A DNA stretch of 64,000 nucleotides from the IMG/VR virus record IMGVR_UViG_3300010163_000004, positions 72,935 through 136,934 of that record; one strand, 5' to 3'. Made by a program: the position numbers and the translations under genes. The notes below the pieces were generated by a model that worked only from the letters and a program-made list of their open reading frames with translations, was not told the origin of the DNA and ran no database searches. The DNA comes from a virus. Lineage: Duplodnaviria > Heunggongvirae > Uroviricota > Caudoviricetes. Positions 37,207-46,565 of this stretch are shown here, piece after piece (the stretch's first letter is position 1; the number at the start of each line of letters is the position of its first letter).

Positions 37207-37684
37207 GCTTTTCTTGTAGTTCTTTTTCTGCTGTTTTAAATAAAGGAATTAAAATATTCTTTAATTCTAATAGATCTTTAACTATAGGAGAAATTCCATT
37301 AGAGTCTTTTAGATTTTCATTGTTTTCAAGAAACGTAATTATACTCCCAATCTTTGATTTTCTTAAATAAATATTGGTATACTCATTGCGCTCCTCTAGC
37401 GATAGTTCTCCGCCTACCAGATTATCTAGTGCTTTATCAAGACCATCAGTTAAACTGGGAAACATAACCATTAGAAATGCAGGTATAAATGGATTACCTG
37501 AAACTCCTACTGGAAATTTGTTAACTATGTTCTTGAATTTTTCTAAATTGGAAGAAATTTCTTCTTTTCGTTTCTCCAAGAGAGTATTAAACTCTTCTTC
37601 CGAAATACTTTTCTGATACTCCTTACGCAAATTCCAAGCAATAAAATCGTTGACTGCTTTATTGAAGCCTATAGTTTTATTCAT
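37184..37684 (-). CDS. hypothetical protein (166 aa)
   Basis: ORF track. Confidence 0.5.
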   Translation of the reverse strand: MNKTIGFNKAVNDFIAWNLRKEYQKSISEEEFNTLLEKRKEEISSNLEKFKNIVNKFPVGVSGNPFIPAFLMVMFPSLTDGLDKALDNLVGGELSLEERNEYTNIYLRKSKIGSIITFLENNENLKDSNGISPIVKDLLELKNILIPLFKTAEKELQEKLDKYGRH

Positions 37685-37931
37685 TTTGTTTATTAGTTTT
37701 TAATGGACACCAATCTGGAATTAATACCTTTTCGTAAGGCCTTAACATTCCCTCAATTAGTTTATTTCCTGCTTCTTTACAGAGTGCTTTTTCATCATCG
37801 TCATTGAACCAGTCATCAGGATCTGGGTCAGGAGCGATTCTACAATGAGGACATTCCCTACACTGCGTAATTTCTTTTTGAAATATTACACTAGTACCAG
37901 ATTTCTGGCAAGTATCCTTTTCCATACTCAT
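37677..37931 (-). CDS. small Cys-rich (CxxC...CxxC) zinc-finger protein
   Basis: 84 aa. CRECPHCR and CKEAG...DWCP. Confidence 0.5.
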   Translation of the reverse strand: MSMEKDTCQKSGTSVIFQKEITQCRECPHCRIAPDPDPDDWFNDDDEKALCKEAGNKLIEGMLRPYEKVLIPDWCPLKTNKQNE

Positions 37932-38174
37932 ACGTTGTTATTTTATTCCTATTTAAAGTTAAACTAAGCTCCATCCATCATTCCAATAGGAATCCTGTCT
38001 GTCCATCCAAAATAACGATGAGTCAACTTTTACACCATCCTCGAACTCATATAGTCCGCTGGAATTTATAGTTACCCATTCGTCTTTACTAAAGTATCTA
38101 TGCCTTACTTTCTTTCCTTCAGACATAGCTCTAATTGCTTCTTCTTTTGTCATAATCTAATTAATTAAAATGTG

Positions 38175-38257
38175 TGGGATTGGGAGGACTCGAACCTCCA
38201 GTCTCAGAGAGAAGGGATTTACAGTCCCTGCGGCTACCAATTACCGGTTACAATCCC
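38175..38257 (-). tRNA. tRNA-Tyr(GUA), type II (bacterial type), A73
   Basis: Acceptor GGGATTG/CAATCCC, anticodon arm AGGGA-CTGTAAA-TCCCT, 13-nt variable arm, T arm GGAGG-TTCGAGT-CCTCC. Confidence 0.8.
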
Positions 38258-38374
38258 TAATCGACTTAATAGAGAATCAGACAGATTTATAATAATCTAT
38301 CCAATAGTCTGCTTCCATATCCTCATAGATTTCCTTAAGTTCTTCGTCAGATAGTCCTTCGTACTTGTCTTCCA

Positions 38375-38752
38375 TTATACTTTATGATGATTAAATAAGT
38401 CAAAAAATTCTTTGGAATAATATGCACATAGTCCTCTATATTCCTTTGCTAGATCATCTGGAAACAAGGATAATCTTTTCTCTTGAAAGAATCCATCAGT
38501 TCTAGACATACTAACAAGTGCCCTTACTTTGCTGTTATTATTTTTTATGCCATACTCATCAATTTTGCTTAGGCATCTATTGTAACTAGCTGATGTTTCA
38601 TCTTGCATTATAAGATAGATATTGATCTTACATATTGCATGATTAGTTAAAGTTCTATTGTCCTGAGAATGAAGTTCTATCTTTGACACAAAAGGTAGAT
38701 ATAGTACATCAAATACTCTATCTTTGGCTACAAATCTTGTTATTCTTATCAT
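38375..38752 (-). CDS. hypothetical protein (125 aa)
   Basis: ORF track. Confidence 0.5.
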   Translation of the reverse strand: MIRITRFVAKDRVFDVLYLPFVSKIELHSQDNRTLTNHAICKINIYLIMQDETSASYNRCLSKIDEYGIKNNNSKVRALVSMSRTDGFFQEKRLSLFPDDLAKEYRGLCAYYSKEFFDLFNHHKV

Positions 38753-38845
38753 CTTCGTAAAAATAAGTAAACCCTATAGTAGCTATTATAGCTATTTCTA
38801 GAGTAATAAATACTAAAAATCCTATTAACATACTCATTAAATTTG

Positions 38846-38921
38846 TGGGAGTGAAAGGATTCGAACCTTCTAAGCACTTGATTTACAATCAAGTCCAACT
38901 CTCCAACGTTGGCGCACTCCC
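38846..38921 (-). tRNA. second tRNA with anticodon GUA (Tyr) on a type I body (short variable region), A73, C8
   Basis: Acceptor GGGAGTG/CACTCCC, D arm CCAA-CGTTGGAGAG-TTGG, anticodon arm CTTGA-TTGTAAA-TCAAG, T arm GAAGG-TTCGAAT-CCTTT. Confidence 0.65.
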
Positions 38922-39123
38922 ATACAATTAACAGATTCGTTCTAATTAACATAGCTGTCGCCGTTCTTCCATTTGGCAACAGCTAATAGCCGCAGTGCGT
39001 GGTAACGATATTAAGGACATTGCCTCTGTTAATTAGAGTAATCAGGGATTCATCTAAAAGGCACCCTACAGTTCTAATTGCTGTACTAATAGTGAATGTT
39101 GATTACTTCTTTTTTTAAGTTAG

Positions 39124-39194
39124 TTCTCCCTAAGAGAGTCGAACTCTTGTCTTTCGATTAAAAGTCGAAAGCTCTACCGTTGAGCTAAGGGAGA
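39124..39194 (-). tRNA. tRNA-Lys(UUU)
   Basis: Acceptor TCTCCCT/AGGGAGA, anticodon arm TTCGA-CTTTTAA-TCGAA, T arm AAGAG-TTCGACT-CTCTT. Confidence 0.8.
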
Positions 39195-39201
39195 ATAATA
39201 G

Positions 39202-39273
39202 TCTTTCCTTCCAGATTCGAACTGGAATTATCTGTTTAGAAGACAGAGGTTCTATCCATTGAACTAAGGAAAG
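39202..39273 (-). tRNA. tRNA-Arg(UCU)
   Basis: Acceptor CTTTCCT/AGGAAAG, D arm GTTC/GAAC, anticodon arm TCTGT-CTTCTAA-ACAGA, T arm TCCAG-TTCGAAT-CTGGA. Confidence 0.8.
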
Positions 39274-39335
39274 GATAACTAAGAGTTTGTCTACTATTAT
39301 ACAGTATAATCTAGATTTCTCTTAGTTAAGAATTG

Positions 39336-40295
39336 TTAAATCTTCTCTTCAGAGATTAGTGCGTTTCCACAAGTAATTCGGTCAGAATCTTCCTCCTTAG
39401 ATGGAACAAACACTATAACATCCCAACCTTCTTTCAATAAAGGTTGTTCAAAGCGACGATAAACGTCATAATCAGAGTATCCAGTTACCTGGAAACCATT
39501 CTCTATAGCAGAAGCTGTTTCATGTATGGGAGTGATTTTAACAATAAATTTCTCCCTATCAAATAGCTTTGACAATTCCTTCGCATCGAGAATAGTTTGT
39601 GAGGTTACTGGAAAGTTCAGAGTATACTTTCTGCCTACTGGCATCGGTAACTCGTTAGCCAACTGAGAAATTTGTGCTAGTGACAGACTCTTATAGTCAA
39701 ATATCTCATTTCTCTGTTCATCGTCTGTAGAATTGATTGAAAACTGTAGGCCTGCTTCTCCATTGTAGAACTCATTTTTTATGCTACACCAAACCTGTAA
39801 GAAGTTTCTAAGCTTATTATTTGCTTTCGGAAGCATCGTGGAAACTACTGGATGAACAGTTTTAGCTACTAATCCTGTAGACTTAACTACACCTTTGAGA
39901 GCAAGTCCAAATGCTAATACATTCTCATTCCATGTTGGTTCTCCCATTCTAGCAAAGTGCACATTGAATCTGTCTGTTTCTCTAACACTTTCACCTTCTA
40001 CAATAGTTCGGATTTGTCTCTCCATGTCTTCTATAGAGGCATTTCCATAGAATCCAAACTTAGGAACATCACAGAATTTGCAATGCATAGGACAACCTTT
40101 CTGAGTTGAAATAGTTGCCACCCATTTCTTACTTAGGTCTACTGCCGTATTCTCTACTCCGTTGATTTCTTTAGTTAAACCTAAGAAGTCAGCCTTGATG
40201 TTGTTCTCCTTACCATAGTCTCCCACAGTTAAGAACTCTAGTCTATGTTCTATATCAACATAGATTTTTCCTGTATGGGTTAATACTGTTTTCAT
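39336..40295 (-). CDS. radical SAM enzyme (CxxxCxxC cluster motif GCPMHCKFCD), specific function unknown
   Basis: 319 aa. The motif lies about 70 aa from the N-terminus. Gene sits next to tRNA genes. Confidence 0.6.
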   Translation of the reverse strand: MKTVLTHTGKIYVDIEHRLEFLTVGDYGKENNIKADFLGLTKEINGVENTAVDLSKKWVATISTQKGCPMHCKFCDVPKFGFYGNASIEDMERQIRTIVEGESVRETDRFNVHFARMGEPTWNENVLAFGLALKGVVKSTGLVAKTVHPVVSTMLPKANNKLRNFLQVWCSIKNEFYNGEAGLQFSINSTDDEQRNEIFDYKSLSLAQISQLANELPMPVGRKYTLNFPVTSQTILDAKELSKLFDREKFIVKITPIHETASAIENGFQVTGYSDYDVYRRFEQPLLKEGWDVIVFVPSKEEDSDRITCGNALISEEKI

Positions 40296-40569
40296 TCGTC
40301 TTCAATCATTTTCCACATGATAATTAATATTATAAATACAACGATGTATGTCATACAATCCTCCAATCTGGTCTATTTCTAGTTATACGAAATTTGTTAG
40401 CCTCAGACCAGCTTGAGAAGGCCCTAACGACCTTCCCATAACTATCTAACAGACAGTATTTCATAGCGAACTAGTTCTCCATTTATTTGTACTGTAATCA
40501 ATACGATCTCTCCTACGATAATCATAGTTTCTACTACAATTATCTCACCGTTTATTTCGGTAATTCTTC

Positions 40570-40815
40570 TTATCCTCTCCATAAGTCGAATACTTTTTTG
40601 GTCATTGGGTAATTTCCCTTCCACTTTGTTGCATACTTAAATATCTCAGACTGTCCTGTCTTACGCCAGACAGGCCGAAATAGTGGATATAATACCGCCA
40701 TGACGAGGATAGCTAAAGCCAGAATTATTAAGGTCATAGCCTTAAGTATATGTTCTAGCAACCAAACAGGCAATACTATTATCCACCTCACTATTGCTAA
40801 TAAACCTTCCATCAT
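40570..40815 (-). CDS. small membrane protein (2 TM helices)
   Basis: ORF track, 81 aa, hydrophobic. Confidence 0.45.
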   Translation of the reverse strand: MMEGLLAIVRWIIVLPVWLLEHILKAMTLIILALAILVMAVLYPLFRPVWRKTGQSEIFKYATKWKGNYPMTKKVFDLWRG

Positions 40816-41286
40816 TCTATAAAGATTAAAGTGTTATGTATTCTCAATTCTTCTTCGGAAACGGGAATTAACTTCCCAAATACCCGAATATACTTTTGTT
40901 CTTTAATTACTAATGTAGATGAAATCTCTGTAATCACTTCTATGTTCTCCTCATGAAATCTTTGGAGGTGCATTGCGTGAATCTTTCTTGACAACTCGTA
41001 GTTGTCTGATGAAGCAATCCTGTTCATCTTAAATCTCTTTCTCATGGTTTCTTATTTCTTTTTAATCCTGACTACCCAAAGATGGGCAGTTTCGTCTTAA
41101 TTTTTCAAAGACTCGTCAGAGGATTTTTTAAAATTTGCCAGTCTTCCAACTGGCTGTGCAGTGATACTTGGTAGGATAAACACCAAGCGGGACTACCTTG
41201 AACTTCCAGACCCCTCTTCTTTAGTTTCCACATGTTTCGGTGTTCATTCTTCATGTGCAATCTTAAGCTTGTCAAAAATGGCGAAG

Positions 41287-41568
41287 TCAAATCTTAAATC
41301 CATTTATTTCAAAATAAGATTTAATTTTCTCAGCATCATTCTTAGATGTGATACGAATACCCACTTCTTCAATAGCTCTTCCTCTTAAGAACTGATATTT
41401 TTCTATATAGAGAATAAATGCATCTTCAGTTACTTTCATATCTTTTAATATTCCATCCAAATGAATTTTAGAATGACATGCTTGTTGATACAAATACTCT
41501 ATTGCTTTTTCAAGAGAATCAAAAGGCTTTCCATTATCAGTTCCATCTGAAAAATATATATATTTCAT
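41287..41568 (-). CDS. hypothetical protein (93 aa)
   Basis: ORF track. Confidence 0.5.
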   Translation of the reverse strand: MKYIYFSDGTDNGKPFDSLEKAIEYLYQQACHSKIHLDGILKDMKVTEDAFILYIEKYQFLRGRAIEEVGIRITSKNDAEKIKSYFEINGFKI

Positions 41569-42065
41569 CTTCTTAATAAATTGCGTGACCCATTTCTGAA
41601 CCTATTCTCAAACAAAGTAGTATTGTAGCTAGAAGCCCAAAACCTAAGCACACTCCCACACTCTTGCATTTATAGCCTATGATGGCTATTATGTAGAAAA
41701 TAATTATAATTATCATAATATATCTTTTTTATAAGTTAATAATCTAAAGAAAATGTTACTATTCTCCCGAACTGTAACATTAATAGTAATAACTATAAAT
41801 TGTAAGAACTATTGGTTTCAGCTAAATAGCTTACTTATCCCTCAAACCACGTAAAGGTTGTTCTTATCTTGAGAGTTTGAGGCACCGCTGTGCCTCTAGT
41901 CTACAAATATATCGAAGAAATAATTGACCTTCCTGTGCCACAATACTTTGCCTTATTTCACAATAAGACATCTCTCCAATATCAAAGGATATACTGTTTG
42001 GTATAAGAGATGCTCTGCATTAGTCTCAGGGCGTACCCATTATGGTCAGTAAAAGAAAATGTTAG

Positions 42066-42135
42066 TTCCCTACCCTGGACTTGAACCAGAATCTTCTCCT
42101 TTTAAAGGAGACGTAATCTATTATACCAGTAGAGA
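42066..42135 (-). tRNA. tRNA-like, anticodon UAA (Leu-type anticodon) on a compact type I body with a 3-bp D stem lacking G18 and G19. Function uncertain.
   Basis: Acceptor TCTCTAC/GTAGGGA, anticodon arm TCTCC-TTTAAAA-GGAGA, T arm TCTGG-TTCAAGT-CCAGG. Sits inside a 1.2-kb non-coding region. Confidence 0.45.
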
Positions 42136-42916
42136 AGATCCTATCTATATCTAGAATAAGATAGGAGATTATTTCTCAGTTTTCCATGCTGAGGACGTTA
42201 TCAACGTTCGCGAAGCGGGAACACCAACGAAGTTGGTATTCCATCACTAAATTTATAGATAGCTAGTCTATAAACTTGCGAATAGATTCGAGATGGAAAA
42301 TGAACCCTTATGAGGTTCTCTCTTACTATCTAGCCTAAGATTATAAAGCGGCTTATACTCTGCAACTTCTAACATAATTGTATAACATATAAATATAGTA
42401 TATGTGCACACTCGATATACTAGCGACCTTTTTATTGCTCAACCTAATCAGTGCCAAATTAGGTATACTTCATCCATACTATAAGAGTAAGTTTGCGAAC
42501 CTCTTAATTCTTTCGTAGCAGTTATTTTTGAAGAGGGCTTTTCTGCGTAGCCCGACTTTTTAATGCTCTTATGAGCTTAGATAAATTTTGAGTCATTGTA
42601 TAGAGTATAAGTTATATAACTCCTACTCTGGCGGATTTTTTGAAAATCGGAAAAAGTCTGGAAATTAGGTGCACTTTGTTGTGGACAGTTTCTCTTCTTC
42701 CTTTGCCCAATTTCTGTGTTGAACATTGAAAATACTAAGACCAATCCATATGTAATTCTCTATCCAGGAATATATCTCAATACTAAGTGATTTCTGATAA
42801 GAAAATATCCACTTTTTAAGTGATAATTCTCACCGTTTTTCACTTTGTATCGAGTATAAGGACCGGTGACTAACCAATCCTTATACATTTTGCCCTTGAG
42901 AGTTACAAAACTCCGT

Positions 42917-43375
42917 TTAAGCGAAGTTAAGTGTCCACACGTTGACGTTTCTTGTTTCGCCATTGAATTCGGCTACTACAACTGTTTTCTTTTCAAACTT
43001 AATCTTCTTACCAGCAAGCTCTTCCTTGAAAGCTTCATCCATTGTAGCGTGCTTCTGAACAGCATCAACAACGGTACCGGTTGGGCGTACAAAATCACTA
43101 CCGTCAGCAGGACGAGCACCACGAGTCAAGCAGCCAATCCAGAAGTCCTTACCTTCCTCAGTAATAACTTTGGCAGCTTTGTTGGTTGTTCCATTTATAG
43201 GCATTAAGAAGATTTTAAAGTCTTTAGGAATCGTCACCGTTTCGCCTTCGTTGATATTATTCAACTCTAGCGCTCTAACCGCCCCTACACCTGCGTCTTT
43301 AAAGGATTTAAATACTTCACCCTGAGCAGCAGCTCTTTCTTCACTAATCTTTCTAGCATTTTTTTCAGTTGCCAT
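42917..43375 (-). CDS. small protein (152 aa), paralogue of 44402..44848. Function unknown.
   Basis: Shared MATE(K/R)N...TIPKD(F/Y)KI...(W/V)LTRGA(R/K)P.DG.DFVRP.GTV architecture. Confidence 0.6.
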   Translation of the reverse strand: MATEKNARKISEERAAAQGEVFKSFKDAGVGAVRALELNNINEGETVTIPKDFKIFLMPINGTTNKAAKVITEEGKDFWIGCLTRGARPADGSDFVRPTGTVVDAVQKHATMDEAFKEELAGKKIKFEKKTVVVAEFNGETRNVNVWTLNFA

Positions 43376-43435
43376 AATCTTAATTTTTTTTTGTTAGTAA
43401 TTATACATTTTATTGTTCACTCAGGTAATGTTGGG

Positions 43436-43449
43436 GCCTGTATACAGGC
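43436..43449. promoter_or_regulatory. perfect 14-nt palindrome GCCTGTATACAGGC upstream of 42917..43375. Candidate dimeric-regulator operator.
   Basis: Seen directly. About 60 nt upstream of the start codon. Confidence 0.35.
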
Positions 43450-43478
43450 TATTTATACCTTTATATTAATTATGTAAT

Positions 43479-43500
43479 AGAGGGAGATTATTCTCCCTCT
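43479..43500. terminator. hairpin AGAGGGAGA-TTAT-TCTCCCTCT (9-bp GC-rich stem). Candidate intrinsic terminator.
   Basis: Seen directly. Followed by T-rich sequence on the minus strand. Confidence 0.45.
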
Positions 43501-43694
43501 TTAATTAAATATGGCTTGATAACGGCATATTCTTTATAGCTGATTTGCTCAATAGTCTTAGGTTCACCATTACCCCAAACAATGATTTTTACGTCGCATA
43601 GCCTTGCTTTAAGTAACTTTGCTTTGTAAACTCCTTTGATTATTTTTTCTAACATGGTTTTGTGCACTAAATTCGTGTCGTGCGCAACTTTATG

Positions 43695-43958
43695 TTATTG
43701 TAAATTTAAGCATGAATAAACAGCATTTTTATATTCTTTAAGAAAGCTATCAATTCCCGTATAATAAGGGACATTGGATTTCTTTGCGTCTTCTACAAAG
43801 TCCTCCCAAATTAAATATTCTGCTATTAATGATTTGCGGTTATCTGGGCAAAACACGTATCTGTTAAATTGCTCATGCAACATTGACCAACCACGTGATT
43901 GAACCCCATAAAGTTCAAATAATAGGTCATATCTTTCTTTAACGTATTCTTTTGTCAT
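43695..43958 (-). CDS. hypothetical protein (87 aa)
   Basis: ORF track. Confidence 0.5.
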   Translation of the reverse strand: MTKEYVKERYDLLFELYGVQSRGWSMLHEQFNRYVFCPDNRKSLIAEYLIWEDFVEDAKKSNVPYYTGIDSFLKEYKNAVYSCLNLQ

Positions 43959-44004
43959 AATATTTAAATTTATAGGGTAGGTCTGTCACCCCTACCCAAT
44001 GTTA

Positions 44005-44394
44005 CTAATATCCTGCAATAATTTCCGATAATATTGTAATGTTGCAATTATTAAATTCATTCATTTTTATATTATCCATAGAATTAGAATAAAAGTCTGT
44101 ATATTTAACTTTTGGAACAAATCTAACTCTGCGAAAATGAATAGTAAAAATAGTATTTACTAATCTTGTTCTTTTTACCGCTCCAAGAAAATGTATTGTG
44201 TCTTCTCCTAAAACAAAATTACTATTAGAATTTAACACATTTAAAAGTTCTTGATGCTGTTTGGTAATAAGCAAATATTTTACTGTTATTCCTTCGCTTA
44301 TTCTTGATGTTAAATGTAATTCAATCTTCATATTTATTTCACTTAAGTTTAGTAAAATTGTACGTTTAATTATTTGCCAAACGTACAAAAGCAC
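44005..44394 (-). CDS. hypothetical protein (about 110-129 aa)
   Basis: ORF track. Confidence 0.45.
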   Translation of the reverse strand: MLLYVWQIIKRTILLNLSEINMKIELHLTSRISEGITVKYLLITKQHQELLNVLNSNSNFVLGEDTIHFLGAVKRTRLVNTIFTIHFRRVRFVPKVKYTDFYSNSMDNIKMNEFNNCNITILSEIIAGY

Positions 44395-44401
44395 TAAAAT
44401 G

Positions 44402-44848
44402 TCATTTTACAAAATCAATGGTTGCTACCTTTGTAGTAAAGCTTTCGCCTTCAACTTTGGTAAATTCTTTTACTATCATAGGTTTCCCAGTAATGCCCTT
44501 AAATGCTTCATCATAAGAGGCATTAGGGTTTTTGTAAAATTTTTCTATTACCGTGCCCTTTGGTCTTACAAAATCCCCCCCATCTTTGGGTTTGGCTCCA
44601 CGTGTAAGCCATGAGACATAGAAAAATTTTCCTTCTTCTGTAACAACAAATTGGTATTTGTTGCTATTGAATTCGCGTTCGTAGATTTTGTAGTCCTTGG
44701 GAATAGTAAATTTCTCTCCTACTTCTATGTTTGCCAGTTCAGTAGGTGGCAAACTACTTTTCCCTGCTGTTGCAAAATCCTTGATTTGTGTACCCTGTGC
44801 CGCTGCGAGTGCTTCACCCGTCTCTCGGCGGTTTCTTTCTGTTGCCAT
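44402..44848 (-). CDS. small protein (148 aa), paralogue of 42917..43375
   Basis: See the paralogue entry above. Confidence 0.6.
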   Translation of the reverse strand: MATERNRRETGEALAAAQGTQIKDFATAGKSSLPPTELANIEVGEKFTIPKDYKIYEREFNSNKYQFVVTEEGKFFYVSWLTRGAKPKDGGDFVRPKGTVIEKFYKNPNASYDEAFKGITGKPMIVKEFTKVEGESFTTKVATIDFVK

Positions 44849-44920
44849 TGTTATAAAATTTATAATTATTACTCTTATATGGTTAGGGATTATATATATG
44901 GATATTTATTTTCCACTACG

Positions 44921-44933
44921 AACCCCAGGGGGG
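44921..44933. repeat. GC-rich motif AACCCCAGGGGGG, copy 1, in the divergent intergenic region
   Basis: Repeated at 45028-45039. Flanks the hairpin gtagtgg-tggaccg-ccactac. Confidence 0.5.
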
Positions 44934-45027
44934 TCTAACGTAGTGGTGGACCGCCACTACACTCACTCTATGAATTTTTGGAATCTAGGTAATTGCCCTC
45001 CAAATATAAAAGTCGGAATTTATAATA

Positions 45028-45039
45028 ACCCCAGGGGGC
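45028..45039. repeat. GC-rich motif AACCCCAGGGGG, copy 2
   Basis: See 44921-44933. Confidence 0.5.
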
Positions 45040-45257
45040 TATTTATATAAAGTACCTGTACCGGCTTTCCCCTTAATATATAAAATATGTATAATATTTG
45101 AATTAGAATTTTTTAACTTTGCGTTTAACTTTTCGGAGGTTATTGTTGTATATAACTAAAAAGAAAACAATTATGATTACAGACTTAGAAACATTGTTAA
45201 ATTAGGACTAGTTTAAATAGCTAGTTGAGGCAATTAATACGAATCAAGAATATTATA

Positions 45258-45575
45258 TGTCTGGTAATGGGCTAACTATTAAGTCCGAATCTACCGACGA
45301 TTCTTTGTTCTTATTAATATCTTATGAAAGATAGAAGGAAGAAAGCTGCCTAGCTAATGAAGAGGTAGACCAATTCCAGAAATATTTAGAATCTCTAGAT
45401 GATAATTTATTTATAGATGTATGCGAATATCTAGGAGAACTTGAAGTTCGTAAAATACAAGGATGCTTAGAAAGCAGTAAGTTAGAAACAGTAAGAGCTG
45501 GTATTGCTAAATTCAAAATGGCACTGTCAGATATAGCTAAAAAGAGAATTGAACAACTGAAAGCTTATGTATGAA
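45258..45575 (+). CDS. hypothetical protein (105 aa) with one in-frame TAG
   Basis: Hand translation: MSGNGLTIKSESTDDSLFLLISYER[TAG]KEESCLANEE...KAYV*. Confidence 0.45.
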
Positions 45576-45712
45576 TAGATTGCTCAAATGAGAATACTAT
45601 TAGCTAATATCAACGCTACTATGCAGGCTTTATTTCACGAAAATGAACAATTAAGAAAAGAACTAGAGAAATTGGCAGCAGAAAATAAATCTCTAAAAGA
45701 GAAATAAGTTAC

Positions 45713-45784
45713 TGCCCTATGGTGTAATGGTCAGCACAGATGACTCTAAATCATTTAGTCTGGGTTCGAATCCTAGTAGGGCAA
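45713..45784 (+). tRNA. amber suppressor tRNA (anticodon CUA), derived from tRNA-Gln. Predicted to decode UAG as Gln.
   Basis: Cloverleaf: acceptor TGCCCTA/TAGGGCA (U1-A72), D arm GTGT-AATGGTCA-GCAC, anticodon arm GATGA-CTCTAAA-TCATT, variable TAGT, T arm CTGGG-TTCGAAT-CCTAG, A73. D arm, 8-9, T-loop and discriminator are shared with tRNA-Gln(UUG) at 29745-29815. Confidence 0.85.
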
Positions 45785-45803
45785 CGCCAAAAAATTAATA
45801 GTT

Positions 45804-46031
45804 ATGATAAAATTAAATGAGAATTATGTAGTAACTCCAACAGGGGCTAAAACTCTTATTATAGAAGAGGGAGACGATTGGAATAAAGTTTGTGAGAAGG
45901 TAGTTGGAAGTAAGTTTGATTATATCTTTGTACCTCAAGAATTTGAGAATCAAGCCTGCTATTTTCTTCCACAAATAACAGTTCAAGGAAAACAGATAGG
46001 TAAGATATGTACTTATAAGGTATTGAAATGA
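45804..46031 (+). CDS. hypothetical protein (75 aa)
   Basis: ORF track. Confidence 0.5.
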   Translation: MIKLNENYVVTPTGAKTLIIEEGDDWNKVCEKVVGSKFDYIFVPQEFENQACYFLPQITVQGKQIGKICTYKVLK

Positions 46032-46342
46032 AACAGTGTGCAGTTGTATTAAATGGAAATGATGTTGTCAAAGTCTCTAATTTAAAGAGAAAATATGACA
46101 AAATAATGAACAATTCTAATATGAAAATATTGGAGGAATGTGATAAGGAAATGTTAGATGAGAAGTACAACTATTGGAATAGAACATTAAATAGAAATAC
46201 AGAAGAGGAGAAAAAAGAGGAGGCTAAGATGCACCACTTTAAAAATCCGAAAACTGGATGCTCTATAACAAGTATCTATCCAGATTTGGAAGAATGTAAA
46301 TCATATATAAAAGACTGGATAGATTATGTTAAACTTGATTGA
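46028..46342 (+). CDS. hypothetical protein (104 aa)
   Basis: ORF track. Confidence 0.5.
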   Translation: MKQCAVVLNGNDVVKVSNLKRKYDKIMNNSNMKILEECDKEMLDEKYNYWNRTLNRNTEEEKKEEAKMHHFKNPKTGCSITSIYPDLEECKSYIKDWIDYVKLD

Positions 46343-46565
46343 AAAATATAATGAACTTACTAAATCGGAATTAGAGGAACTAGCAGAAATAACACTATTA
46401 GCTACGGAATCTTTAATTAATACTATTGTAGAAGAAGGAAAACAAAACGAACAATGGTTCTTAGATTATCTAGACAACTTAAATAAGCTAAGTGTATCGT
46501 ACTAATATATCAGTAGCCACAGATACTACGATAGAGAAAGAATTATTAACAACAGTTTAAAGGAT

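Noticed and set aside
44849-45257. Alternative reading of TAG as Trp or another residue rather than Gln
   Set aside because: Sequence context alone is ambiguous (for example NGK-TAG-YVG in the GIY-YIG motif). The only suppressor tRNA found is a clear tRNA-Gln paralogue with C34 U35, so Gln is favoured. Other assignments cannot be excluded without alignments.
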